Assembly (NCBI GenBank): GCA_030141605.1
Contig: JAQGDQ010002368.1
Span: forward strand, 932,408-996,407
Direction of reading: 5' to 3'
DNA: 64,000 bases
From: Tubiluchus corallicola
Taxonomy: Eukaryota > Animalia > Priapulida
How positions within the stretch are numbered: position 1 is the first letter of the stretch; each line of letters begins with the position of its first letter. A model generated the notes under the pieces. The model was not told the DNA's origin and made no database searches. It saw only the letters and a program-made list of their open reading frames with translations. Shown in pieces: positions 1 through 13,600 of this stretch. A program made the position numbers and the translations under genes.

Positions 1-912
1 TAAACCAAGCAAAATGCTTTCAAATAGAGCATACACGGAAAATCAACAATTCACAGTTTCACAATGCATGTATAAATGACATGCTACCGAGAGCAGGAAA
101 CTTACTCAATGACAGAGTCTAATAATGGAGCTGATATTGGTTGGACCCTAACCTAGTTCATTGTCAAAAAAGATATTTCTCTGGGACAAAAGAGAGCACC
201 AGCTAAAGTGCTTAAACATATTTGGAAGGGTAGCTCCTGACCATCCCTCAATAAAAATGTGCAGCAACCATGCAAATTTTCCTACAAGCTGAGCACTTGC
301 ATCAACGCTTTAGTAAACTTGGCAATGCAGTCAATTTTTTGTACATTTATCATAAAAGCCCGCCATGTAACTTTCACAACCTTAGTTACAAAATAGCTAC
401 AACAACAGTAAATTTAATTTCAATGTAAATTCTGACAAATTTACTGAAAAAGCTTGCAGTGCTTGCTGTCAAAATATGGTATTTGTGATCTGACTTGAAA
501 TAAGAGTTTAACTCACAGAGTTAAATTTTTATTAAAGTAAAAGCGTTTTCTTCAGCTATGATCTACTCTTATTTATATGATATTTTAATTGCAAAGCTTT
601 TTCTTTGACCAAATATTAATTAAAATACCATAAGCACGTCTCATGAATTGAAAATTATATTTTTTTCTCATAAATTTTTGCACTCAATAGTAGATTAGTT
701 TGTTAACATGAAAACACAAACACCGATACACTGTTATTACCTGAATGTTGCACATTAGGAGCTGGGCAGACAATTATCAAATTTTTATTGATAAAAAATA
801 AATCTACCAAGCTACTGCCAACAGATAAATAAGTTCTTAAACTAACTCAGAAAATCAACAATCACAGCTACACAGTTCAACTGCTTAGATTTATACTCTT
901 GTTGATACTTAC

Positions 913-3900
913 CATAGACACCAAAGGAGATCCAAAAAAAATAACGCCCATCAAACAACAGGCTATTCCAAGCCTATTTAATGCTGTATAGTAATCATTC
1001 GCAACATACTTCGTATAGATGAGCAAGGGAAAAACAACACCCGCTGCAACTAACAGTTGTTTTTGCATAGCAACCTGCAAAAAAACTTTGGTGAGCCACA
1101 TTAATTAAAAAGTAAATACCGGGCCCTTTTTAAATGCCTTAACTAAAGCATAAAATGTTTCACAGCTGAAAATTTGTCGTCCAAACATTTAATATTTTTA
1201 CATAACATTTTTCAGGGAAATTGGTGATGCAGGTCATAAATGCATTCATGTTACAATGGATAAAACCTCTGAGATGGTACGGAATAAACGATACACCTGG
1301 CATGCAAAACCAGTACACAAAATTCATTGTCTTGGACAAGTGTATATATAAAGTACTTTGCAGCCACGCAAACCTGTTATAGGTAAACCATCTTGGCTAA
1401 ATGTTAGGTACAGTAAGTTCTCGCTTAACAACTCCCCAGTCAGCAGCATTTTGTTTTAAACATTTTGCCACCTTCTCTCATTTAATAATCAATTTTTCAG
1501 TTTCTCGGCCTTACCTTAAGCACTGAAATTTTATTTGTTAAGGTGCCTCTTTATAAAGAAGCCACTATTTACCCAAATCACTGTGAAGATATTGCTGCTG
1601 TATGGTTACCTAGATATGCCTCGTCTGATAACATTTGGCTATACTATGTGAAAGTGTGGTGTTAATTGCTCCATTCCAAAAAAACAATGTATTTATAATA
1701 TTTCTCAGCAAACTGCCATAGCTAGCATAAAATAGAAAAGAAAATTTTTAAATCCACAAAACTGGACATTATATGACCATTTGTTCAATTCTATCTCAGA
1801 TAACTCTAACCACAATTTACAAAAATGCAGACCAATCAAAATGAGCACATAAGTGTAACAATGAGTAGGACAGCCAGGAAAGCCATTAACAAAAAGTAGA
1901 ACAATAAAGACAGAGAAACTGTTACTATAATACAGTATTTAGATGACCATTTACAAAGTACAATGATGTGCAGGCAACTGAAAAACTTTTCGGAAACACC
2001 TCTGAGGTAAGTCCAACATGACTTCATCATCTATACTAATATTATTATTGATTGTTAATTTCGATTTGTTGTTCTATAAACTTTCAATACTGGAATATAC
2101 CTCTGGAGTATTTTAAGGTATTTCGCATTAAGACAATTTACTTTTAAAACACAGCATTTTCCTGCAATGCGTTAGTGTCCTGAATTGAGAATTTGCACAT
2201 CTATCCTTTCCTCTGTTTTCTTGTTTTTTGATCATGTGCAAGAGCAAACACTTGTCTGCTTACAAAATGTCATTATTAATTGTAAGCATCACAAATTTAA
2301 ACATTCTAAATTAATGTAACTGACTTACTTTAGCAGGACACATGTAGTAGTAAAATATAGTGTAACATCCTTGCAGAATGGTACCAATCAGATTCACTAA
2401 AATGATAGTCCAATCTTCTTTCATAATTCCATACTTGAGCCATAACACAGCACTGAAAAAGAAAAAATACATCACGTTATATACATATATTTATGGAGAC
2501 GGAGCCACATTGTTTGTACATGTGTATTTATGTGAGAGAAAGAAAAGAAAGCATTATATATGATTTTTTTCCCACTTACTCTATATTACCAGTGTTTTTT
2601 GAAAAAGGTTTTCAGGTAATGACACCATTTGTTTTGTTTATGCTTGTAACTGAATATTTGATTTACGCCATATTGGATGCATTTATTCTGAGAGATTTAA
2701 AGTAAAAACATATAAAAATTGTCTATTTGTTAAGATCCCAATGTTTCTGTGCGCACAACTACCCTAGTTAATAAAATAAATAAGATAACTTGAACTTTTG
2801 CTTAAAATTATTAAGGTTGCTAAATATTTACACGGCGTTTACTAAAGGAAATAATTTAGTTTACAGTGTACACCTAATTAGCAAACCTAATATACAGCTG
2901 TTTACAAATGAAAAGTTTACTTAGTTTAGTTTAGTCTTGTTTAGTTTGTTTTAGTTTATTATGTTTGCACTGTAACAGATGCGAAAATTTGCAGATGTAT
3001 AAATTTCGCTACAGTAGGCCAACTTAAATTGCTGCTGGGCTCTTTGCAGGAATGTGTCAGTTTTATTAAATTATGACAGTAGGCCTTCAGTTAATGAAAT
3101 CATAAAACCTTGAATAATGCTAGTATAGTTATGAGAGCCAGTGCAAGTTTAGTTCCAGAATGAAATGAAGTAGTTAATGAAAAGTACTGCCTATTTTTGT
3201 GCCTTATTACCCACCCAATATTGTGACAGCAGATGTTAGTATGCATATAGGTTCATGTATAGGTTGATAAATAAGGACAACAATATTATTAATAGCATAA
3301 TGCTTTACTTTCTCGTTAATTCTGTGAAATGAAGCAATAAATTTTTGTCGTCTCTGACTTACGACACGTTGCAAAAATACCACTTTACAAACAAGGCTTT
3401 AAAAGCCAATTTACATAGATTTAGCATGCACTTTTTTCTGCTTTTCAGTACTTTTGCTGAGACATGAATATAAAAAAGCAAATAGTGATTTCTTTGCCAA
3501 GAAGTTAACTATCAAAAAGCATTTATGCAAACTAAAAGTGAAAGTTTTCTGTTTAAAATAACTCTTAAAGAGGAAAATTTATCATTTTTACTATTTTAAG
3601 AAGAAATTACCTACAACTATTACTCTGAAATTACATTTTGCTACCATTCATTAATTACCAACTCAATAGCGCTATACAAAATGATACAATGTGCTTTCGA
3701 CTGCATAGCTGTGTCTCTAACAGTCTGTGTGCTGTGCAACATTGCCATTTAACTTCGCCTAACTCTATAATCAAATATCGTAGGAAGTTGGCCTTTCTTA
3801 CCAAAATGTGCTGAATTTTCAGCACAGTTTACTGATATACAGTACTTTGTTCAGTAAGAAGATCTACATGGAAAAATCGAGCATCCAGGTAGGCCAGTCC

Positions 3901-4506
3901 ACACAGAATAGGTACTAAACAGATTGGCAGCTTATTGCGATTGCACCAGCCCTCAACAGTTACACAATCAGAAAATTGCGTGGCTTGCTTGGAAAAACGG
4001 TTAATGCACAGTAAGATCATCTAATTACTTACTGAATGATTTAATTATTTTACCAAATTGATCAAAAGTATTGTTTCAGAACATATTCCTTGAACTTACC
4101 TGAAAAAAATAATGAGGCTGAGCCTTTATATCATAACTGGAAAAACTGGTACAACACAGTAACTAACACTGCATACATCATTCGCTGACTCAAAATGAAA
4201 ATACTAAACTTAACATATTTTACCTTGAAGTAGCCGTAATGAATGGAAGAGGAGATATATCACCAGTAGATCCAATTCTCCAGATCTTTTTACAAGTTGG
4301 TCTAAAAGCAAAAATAAAGGTTTGGTTGACTGCTTTGTTAGCTAACAGCAATAACATTTAATCAGCTACAAAGCATTGCGAAATCTACCTCATATAATAC
4401 TCTCGTAAATTTTCTTTTATCTAGTAGCTTACATTCCAGTCAGAGCTAGACAAACAGTCGTTATAGTTGCCAGAAAACCAACTGAGTCTGTCAGTGTGAG
4501 AGTCAT
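913..4506 (-). CDS. SLC50A1: SWEET1/SLC50A1 sugar transporter (MtN3/saliva family), coding exons 1-4; remaining exons lie left of the window
   Basis: Minus-strand exons 4506-4433 (ATG; MTLTLTDSVGFLATITTVCLALTG), 4301-4224 (PTCKKIWRIGSTGDISPLPFITATS), 2452-2329 (AVLWLKYGIMKEDWTIILVNLIGTILQGCYTIFYYYMCPAK) and 1074-913 (VAMQKQLL...LGIACCLMGVIFFGSPLVSM). All introns are GT-AG with compatible phases. SWEET hallmarks: LPF, WLKYG, VN.IG, FGSPL. A probable non-coding exon ends at a donor near 4693. Confidence 0.93.
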
Positions 4507-4692
4507 TTCTCCTAGTCCTGTGACTGACAAATATATTCAGTTCTACATTGATTACCTGAAAATGCAAAAACAACTGTATATTAGAAAAGGAGACAGCTAG
4601 CAGAAGTGTTATTTCCTAGATAGATAAACAAATGCACAAAAACGAAAACGAGTTACTTCAAATATAGGTAAATCAGCTAAAACACTGATTAC

Positions 4693-4870
4693 CTTCCTCG
4701 TAAATGCCAAAACAAATGATGTTTGTCCAAAGGTTCAATTTGTCAGGCAAACAGGTTCAGTGTTATGAAGCAAGCAAATTCGATTCAAACTATAACTCGA
4801 GGTCTTGCTGAACTCAAGTTCGTGGATAGAAAAAAAAATGACGTGAACGCCGCCCTTTTGAAATGAAGGC
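4693..4870 (-). promoter_or_regulatory. Probable SWEET 5'-UTR exon and promoter
   Basis: Minus-strand donor GAAG|GTAATC near 4693 and acceptor TTTTCAG near 4556 upstream of the ATG. Local CpG cluster with TGACGT and CCGCCC motifs at about 4839-4855. Confidence 0.4.
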
Positions 4871-5068
4871 AAATCGAACTCTGTTAGTCTGTACAGGTTT
4901 CATTCCAATATATTCCTATAAAGTTTCATGATGATCCGTTGTGAATTATTGCAGGCTTAGGCTTTTCTCTAAAATGATGTTATTGCTGCCATCTAGAATT
5001 CAAATTGGCAATTCAAAAATACGACTCTGTCATTTGTTGTTGAATCCATTCTAGTATACACTCATATA

Positions 5069-5120
5069 TGCCAATGTACATTGCATGTATTTTCGCAAAT
5101 AAAACTGAAATGAATTGAAA
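5069..5120 (+). mobile_element. Very short 5'-truncated copy of the LINE 3' tail seen at 7991-8046
   Basis: tgccaatgtacattgcatgtattttcgcaaataaaactgaaatgaattgaaa closely matches tgccaatgtacattgtatgtatttgtgcaaataaaaccagattaaattgaattgaa. Confidence 0.7.
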
Positions 5121-5430
5121 TTTATAATTTACCCACTTTTACAAAGCTACCCAATTGGTCTTTCGCTACCCTTTCTCCTGCACCCCCCCCCCCTTAACTC
5201 TTTCCTTTATGCTTAATTTATCCTTTTTAATCAATAACTAAAAAAATAATACTATCAATTTGTATACAGGTGTAAATGAGGAGATAAATAAAAATGTCTA
5301 TGTCTACCAACTTTTTCATTCATTAAATAAATTGAAATAATAAGAGAACATCTGCTCACATAAATAATCACAAATTCATTAGTTAAGTAGCAAACATGTC
5401 TTTAACTAACTTTAATTGACATGTTACAGG

Positions 5431-8088
5431 CTGTCGGGAGTGGAGTAGGATACAAGCCAAAGTAGGACAGTTGCCGTACATCTACGTAGGGCTAGCCTAA
5501 TTAGCATGCGTCGTATGTGGCTGCACAAGTAGAACACTAGAGACAGTCACTTATTGAGTCCTTAAACCATAGTGGCAACGTCCGTTGTCCTTGTTTATTT
5601 AATAATAATAATTGAAAATGTCAACACATCATACAATTCATTATACATCTGCTGAAATAAAAGAATCTTATTCTGAGCTAGTCTAACGAGCAATATTAAA
5701 TTTGTCTTTGGGATTAATCTTTTTGAAGTGAAAATAAGCCCGTTTTTAGGCGATTCCAACATTTTTTATTTTGTCTCACTACGTGAACAATATATATGTT
5801 TTTGATGTTGCAAACTGGCACTTTTAATTGATGTCAGGCTGCTTGCCGATTTGGTGAAGACGATCAAGTGTATATCCACTGTATGATGCCAAACTGACGG
5901 AAACTAACTCAACAAGCCCAATTTTTAATAAAATGAAGAAACTTTCACAGAGTCTTTAAAAATTTGACAAAATACTTGTTGACATATCCATATCCAATGT
6001 TAAGGCTAGAAGTAGATTCATGGATCATCTGTAATGCCTGTTCTCTACTGGTATTAGTGTTGTATGGTACAAGAATTTTTTTCTGATTCCACTCATATTT
6101 TGTTTGAATTCATTTATTGATTTAGATGCTATAGTTTTGCTGCTTAGACCATTCCAACTGTTTACTACTCGGTTGCTAAAGTCAAAAGAGTGAAAGAAAT
6201 TGCTAGTGCTCTACATGGGATGCCCATGCACGACACTAGTTTTCCACAAATTTAGCGCATGTGCTCTAACAGATCTAGAGAGGGCCTCCAAAAATGTATT
6301 GATGAACTTTCACAGTATGCCACACAAAACCACCTAAAAATCAACTACAAAAAAGCGAAAATAGTGGCATTTGGAAAAAGGCTGCCATTATATACCACCT
6401 TCCAGATGAAAGCAGAAACACTAAAGAATGAAAAACATATTAAATATCTCACCAATACAGGAATACACAACAAACATGTAGAAACAGTGAGAAACCACAG
6501 CATTGGAACTCTTTTTAAAGTAAAAGCTCTAATATTTAATAGTAATTTCCCATTGAGTTTACTAATTTTCTTATTTAAGACATTAATAGTCCCTTTTGCA
6601 ATATACGGTTGCGAAATTTTGACAAATGCTTACGTAGAAAAACTAAATAAAATTAACAGCAATGACACTGAGAAACTTCTACAAATATGGAATCAATTCC
6701 CATTCGACAATGTCCAAAATAAAGTTCACAAAATGGGTAATAGGAGTAAAGACAACAGCATGTAATATTGCCTACAAGGCTGAACTGGCTTTATATCCTC
6801 TCCTCATCGCAGCAGCAAAAAGATCATACAAATTTGGCTTGACTGCTGCCCACAAACCTAGAAAGGCTATATTTAACACCATCTTCCCGTCTCTGAATCA
6901 TACAGCTCTATTGTCGCCCACATGGCAACCTAACCCAAGCTATGCATCAGAATATGAGAATGAATCAATGACAATAGCACAGAATGTCAAAAAAACCTGA
7001 ACAAAATTCTAAAAACGGGATATGAAAATATATTTTTTAGCGAAATTCATAATGGTGATAGGAAAAAGGGAGGCAGTAACAAGCTCAGATTTTACAGGGG
7101 GTTAAAATACAAAATGGAGCCTTACCTAAACACTATTAGGGACAACAATCATAGACAAGCTATCACTAAACTCTGAGTGAGTGATCATGATTTAGAAATC
7201 GAACATGCTTGTTATACCAAAACACCTGAACAAGAACGAATATGCAATTATTGCACAACCTCCTGACCTAAAAAACATGAAATAGAAGATGAAATACACT
7301 TTATTTATGACTGCTCACTTTTTCTTGAAAATAAAACAAATTATGAAATTAAACTTCACAGTCTAAATTTTTCTCTAGATGTGGCTGTTTAACAGCAATG
7401 TTCAAAAGGATATAATTCCTTTTGGAGAATATATATTTAAAAACTTCTAAATAAGAAAAACAAAAAGCTAACACTGGCTACACCTTGTTGAACCTTCTCA
7501 ATGGAAACTCAACTACTCAAGAGTTGAGACTTTTTAATATCTAGTTATAATTTTGTATTGCATAATGTATAGCTGCTAATTGTTTTTAATAATGTTTTGT
7601 TTGTTTTTTGTAGGCTTCGCTCTTAGTACAGTTTCTTTGTTTTTCATAGGTTTTCTGGTTACAGTCGATACATCTATAACATCAATGCAAGAAACTTTTG
7701 GCAACAACTCCAGTTCCTAGGGAAGAAGAAATCAGCAGTTTGGCAGCAGACTCTAACCAAATTATTTTCAACTCTATGTTATTTTTTATAATCTTTCATT
7801 TAAAAAGCTGGTACAAATACCTACTATTTTTAAGTCATTTTTCTTTTTTCATTGCTAAATTATACAATTTTTATATAACTGTGACTTTAGTATCAGTATG
7901 CCGTATCCTAACATTTGTCTATGAAAAAAACTTTACACACAGCCTATTATGATTTCTTCGGTTTATGTAGTATTTAACGTGTATTGCTTTTGCCAATGTA
8001 CATTGTATGTATTTGTGCAAATAAAACCAGATTAAATTGAATTGAATTAGCGCTATTTGGCCTACTAGTGGCGTACTCCGCGCTCTGC
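5431..8088. mobile_element. Non-autonomous TIR element (copy 1), interrupted by a LINE
   Basis: The left ~340 bp align by eye with 8512-8810 (ggagtagga...caagtag.aca.tagagacag...gtccgttgt...aataataataattgaaaa...gattccaacatt). The right end (tttccacaaatttagcgc | ...ctagtggcgtactcc) matches 9200-9260 of copy 2 once the LINE is removed. Confidence 0.7.
6259..8046 (+). mobile_element. 5'-truncated, frameshifted non-LTR retrotransposon (RTEX-like ORF2 C-terminus)
   Basis: RT end GLQKCIDELSQY...LKINYKKAK, YGCEI, KWVIGVK..CNIA..AELALYPL, NKLRFY..EPYL..R.AITKL*VSDHDLEIE...ERICNYC...IEDEIHFIYDC (CCHC finger). AATAAA plus (GAATT)n tail. Target-site duplication TTAGCGC at 6252-6258 and 8047-8053. The clade name is an inference. 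Confidence 0.88.
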
Positions 8089-8099
8089 ATGGGCAACTC

Positions 8100-8264
8100 C
8101 ATAATTAACGCGATACGTTGCCCTAATCGGTTTGGTTTGACTATATACTACACCGAAGATCGTTGCCATTGCTAAACTTCAGTGAGCACATGGTTTCAGA
8201 TTTAATGGCGAAAAGGGACCGATTAGCCCTGATATTGTATTTCTAGTGCTTGTTGGACTAACTG
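8100..8264 (+). promoter_or_regulatory. Candidate promoter and non-coding first exon of the ACL4-like gene
   Basis: CpG-rich patch, YY1-like AATGGCG near 8204 and donor CTG|GTAAGC at 8264/8265. The ACL4-like ATG (10602) lies just after an acceptor (TTTCAG ending 10595), so an upstream exon is expected. Confidence 0.4.
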
Positions 8265-8511
8265 GTAAGCTAGTGTTTGGTTGTTTTTTTCAGGGGTACG
8301 AGATTTCGTTTGGCGATTGCCTGTCCAATGACTACGGAGAGCGAAACTGTCAAATATTTTCGATACATAAACAATATGTGAAAATATTTTTTTTTAAATT
8401 GCATGACCTCCCTCTATCTGCGATGGTGCCACTATATACTTTCTCAGTTCTAATATCCGTCTCTGGATTATGGATAAAGTCTTAAATGTGATAATATTTT
8501 TTTAAATTGTA

Positions 8512-9269
8512 TGTGTTGGGAGCGGAGTAGGACACTAACCGAAGTAGGAAAATTGGTGTACATGGGCTGCCCAAGTAGGACAATAGAGACAGGTCGCGAA
8601 TTGAGTCGTTAACCGTACCGGCAGCGTCCGTTGTATTTATTTATTTAATAATAATAATTGAAAACGTTAATACAAGTTGAATAATTTATTATACATCGGA
8701 CAAAATAAAATAATCTCGTTCTGAGCTAGTAGGTCGGCCAGTATTGAATTTCGCTTTGATATTAATCTTTTTGAAGTGAAATAAGCCCACTTCTTAGCCG
8801 ATTCCAACATTTGCTTAAGGTATATCATTTTTTATTTTGTCCTGCTTCACAGACAGGTGATCCAAGTACTTCACTACCTCTAGGACAAGTAATTTTTTTA
8901 TTACTACTTCACTACTAAATAAAAGTTTCATTTTTAAACTTGCAATAATTATTGTTGTAATAACTGTGTGCATAGTTTCTCTCTTTAAAGCATTAAATAC
9001 TTAGTTTAATGTTATGATGAGCTAATAATAATGATGATATTATTGTAAAAAAATACATTTGTAATTGTCAAGGATTATCCATATAGTCACTATTTTCTAT
9101 AAAGTCACTTTTTTCTAAAACAAATTTAGTTTTGTGTTTTATTATGTCATAATTCTCGATTCCCGACAGAAATGCCAGTGCCCTACTTGGCTGCCCTGTT
9201 TTTCCGCAAATTTAGCACATTTATCGGAAGTGTCCTACTTCGGCTAGTGGTGTACTCCATGCCCCACAG
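8512..9269. mobile_element. Non-autonomous TIR element (copy 2), possibly Tc1/pogo-like
   Basis: Imperfect ~35-bp terminal inverted repeats (gggagcggagtaggacactaaccgaagtagga versus tcctacttcggctagtggtgtactccatgcccc), flanked by TA on both sides. Homologous to copy 1. Confidence 0.65.
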
Positions 9270-10601
9270 TATGCATTATCATTAAAATTAATTATAAATA
9301 TGATGTATGCATTATCATTAAAATTAATTATAAATATGATGTATACAGGGCTGGGCCTAGGAGGTGTGGGCATTGCTGGAAATGATTTGGTGCACCCCAG
9401 GTTTGCAACTAAGGCCTGCAGAGTCGTAAAAATGTACTATTATAGGTTTTGTATTTCTAAGACAGAATGGAAAGTGCAAAATGCGCATTTAATAAAAAGT
9501 GCAGTGCATGTTAATGGACAAGCATCTACATTTTTATATAATGCCCGACAAGTAACAAACAAAATGTTTAGATCAAAACTGCATAGGTTGTGGACACCTT
9601 GTACTCGAGACTTGCATGGTCTGAATGTAGTAGCATACTTGGTATTTTGCCACTGAGATATGAATGTTTGTAAAGATGCAGTACATGTGATGAATTTCAT
9701 CACATGTTACAGTAAAAAAATCTATAGCTTTATAGATATTTAAAAGCCATTGCCATTACATATTATTTGTTTAAATATTTGTCTTAAATATACTAGCTAG
9801 CTGTTAAATAATCATAGCGACTTTTGCGGATCTGTATGTTCACATTCAATTGATAGCTTATGTTTCTGCACTGTCAGCAGCAAATAGGGAGCTGTCATTA
9901 ACCTGTAGGCAGATAACCCTAACTTTTTAAAGATAATTATCAGTATTTGCAAAATTTTGACATATATTAGTTTTCTTACTCAGTTCCAAACTATGTAACT
10001 TAGGAAAAGCTTGTTTATTTTTTTATTGCTTTATTAAATTTGAAGTCTCATTAATCTTTCTTGGAAATGTAGAATTTTAAAATGGCATGTGACCACTTGT
10101 CAAATTTGAAAGTCATATTCCAGGAGATACTAGAAGATAGTGGCTAAGAACCTGGGGAGCACTGCAAGCTTCCTTAGCACTTTTTTTAAATTTGAGGGTA
10201 TGTTGGAGACACAATTGGACACTTAGGCAATTGTAAGAAATTAGGAAAAACACATGCTTTTTGTGGTTACTTTTTCCAAGACAGCTGCAAAATATTAAGT
10301 TTACTTAAGTGAAGGCTTGTTGCCTACTTTAATATTTTTTGCCACTAACAAAATTCATTGTTATGGGGATGCACCATATCAGAGTTATTGTATGAAGCCT
10401 GATGAACTTTAATAATTGTTTGTATTATGCAGAATATCAAAAATATTGTACTTAATTGTTAAAAATTATGTTCATATTATTTTAGTTATTATGTTTATAC
10501 TTGCACTATGTGCACATTTATGAATTTTGTTTGCGTTCTTTGCAAGAATTTTATTTTGTTAGTTTGGGAATACTGTCACTTTTTGTTTGTTTCAGAAAAT
10601 C

Positions 10602-13600
10602 ATGGGGAAACATGGTATGAAAGCAAAAGCAAGGAAGCCAAAAAGACTGCACAGAAAAGGTGGGTATAATTACAGTAATTCATTCAGTTTCTTTAGTGCA
10701 GCATGATTATGGTTTAAACGAAAAACTTCTGATATGACTGTAAACTCATTAAAAAAAGAGAAGATTTAAGAGCTGTAACAGCCTTTAGGCATGGAAAGTT
10801 AATCATTTAGTCATCTGTCATCAGCTAGTCTAAGTCATTAGTCATTTTTATTTGATTTGTCAACCATTTCCAATACAATCCAAGTATAAAAAAGTATTTG
10901 TGGGAAAATGCAGTTTGTCTTGATTGATGATCTAGTCAGTACTGCATTGTAACATACCCCGACACATCGTCTCCCTTCATTACATTGCATTTCAATACAG
11001 TATACTGCATTTAACTGCACTACACTACTCTACAGTGACTACGCTACACCTCACTATGCTATTCTACGATAAACTGCAGTGCACTACACTACACTACACT
11101 ACATTCTTTATGAATATGGCTTAAATGTATATGGTTTTTCATGTGCTTTGGCACACTGTAAGCTGAAATCCAGGATTCAAAAAGTGAATCTACTCAACAA
11201 TGTGTTTATGGCATAACTAGAGCCTAGCTCGCTGTCAAAGATATCCTGTAAATTCTGAGTGACAAACCCAAACCAAGCTAATATCAACACACATTACTTT
11301 CATAAATGGCAAATGCCTGTCCACTCAACCACGAACCTGGTCATCTAATGTCATTTTGTATGCTACATAGGTTCACAGAGGCCTGATGAAGAAAGCAATG
11401 CAAGACAACACAAGAAAACAACCAAAAAGTCCAAACAGAAGTTTGGAGTGAATGCATTACTAGAAAAAGTTTGTACTGTTTTAATTTTGAAGTCTTTCTT
11501 AATTTGCAGCCATCCTGTTACTGGCCATCCATGCTTTTTATTCATTTTAATTTTATGCGTGTTTCTGTCAAACGTTTTGAGTGCCCCTGTACATTGTTAT
11601 AGTGGGCACCTTTACAGAAATGGTCAATTTTTTTAAGAGCGAAATGCATTTATTAGTCTTTCAACTGCTTGCAAAAAGGTACCATAGCTACACATTCTGG
11701 TGCAATAAACAAGTATTTGACTGCACAAATGCACGTGCGAGTTTAGCTATAAGCTGTAGATGACTGAAGCATAATGTCTCTAAGCCTGAATATACCTCTA
11801 CGGAGAAGAGTGGTCTCCAAAAAATATACGTTTTGATAAGAAGTGCTAGTTCACTGAGGTGCTTCTAGTAGCAAGTCAGTGAAGTCACTTAATTATTATT
11901 AGTTCAGTAAATCTCAGTTTTCTCCTAGAGCACGAGAACTAATTTTGTCTTTTCTCTTGGATGTAATGTATTAATAAAAGACGACCTTAAAAATACTTAG
12001 CAGCAAATTTCTATTTGGTAATTAGTTGGTAAAGTAGTAAATTTTGTTGCTTTACCTTTATCAATCCATATAGTTCATGTAAGTGTAAATAACATTGTTT
12101 ATTAGTTTCAATTTCTAAAATTCATTTTCAATTTATGGTTCAAACAAAATTTTGAGATGTCTTCTGATTATTTTATTTTAGGCACGTGAATGTCTCGACA
12201 GATTTGACATTGAAGTGGCACAGAAATTTTGTCATAGAGCTTTGGAAATAGAACCTGACAATTTAAAAGTATTGGAAACTACATCAAGCCTTCTTTTAGA
12301 AACTGGAGATGTGGATGCCGCATTACAGGTAAAAGTGCTGTAATTAGCAAGACTTAGATTTATAAATTCTACAGCTTTGATGGATTAGACATTGTTGCAT
12401 CAGAGATCACACATTTTGCTTTAATAAATAACTATAGTGTTGTAATACAGTGATCACTGTAGTGTATTCTCTTGCCAGACAAATTGCTTTTTGTGCTCAT
12501 AATTATTGAATGTGGCCTTCCAATTGTTAGTACACTCATTCTTATCGTGTATTGTGCATAAAACTAGTCTACTACGTGCAGATACTTGGAATATACTTCA
12601 CCAATTGTTTTTTAATACAGGTCTCCCAAATAAGGCACTGATTAGTAATGAGAGAGGTGTTTTGATTTTATTATAGCATGAATACGGACAAATGTTTTTT
12701 TTGTTTGCACACTGAATTGTCACCAAATGCCTTTGCAATTAATCACGACTTTTTCAGAAAGAAACAATCTTGCTTTACTTGCAGTTTTTGAATATGCTTC
12801 TACAATCAGTGAAAAACATTTTCTAAAAGTACATTTGTGCCATTTTTAACAATATCTTTAACTTGTAAACTAGCTGATTGTGCTGTTTCCTTTACATAAA
12901 ATTACCTTGTTCTTCTCATTAGTATTTAAATCGGGCAGTCAGTCTCTCACCCGATGAAGGCCATACAAAGTTTCTGTGTCTTGGGCAAGTTCTTAAAGGA
13001 CAGGAAGCTGTTAAGTGCTATCAAAAAGCCATTGATATCATGTTGTCTGAGAGGTCAGCTGATTCTGAAAATAAGGTATGGTACCTATTCTTAGCAGCAG
13101 TATTTGGGCACTCATCAGGCTAGTAACTTAGTAACTTAGCTTAGATCTGTGTCTTCAGAACTTCAGAATCAACTCTGTGTCTCTAGGTTGCAGTAAAGCA
13201 GACTACAGAGTTATTTTTTAGTTGCCCACTTGAGTAGTTATTATTTACTTTGATTACATGTCATTGTTGTACATGTGTCTTAATTTTGAAATTGTTTTGT
13301 TTCCTTTTGCTTTTATTTGATATAAATTGCATTAATTTTGTATTTTTAATAGTTGCCATATGATTTGTTTTCTCCACTCTTATTCTCATTTTTCTAACAG
13401 CAATGTCTGCCTGCCCTGTATTTTTTTAAGTAGAGATATGACCTTTGAAATTGTTATACGTTGTTATGACGTGATTTTCTTATAAAGGCAAATAAACATT
13501 TCTGATTTTTTACTCATAGACAATATTTCGCTCATAAGCCTCTTGCTAAATCATCTTGTGATTGTGATTGCCACTGCACTGAATCAAAAATGAGAAATCT

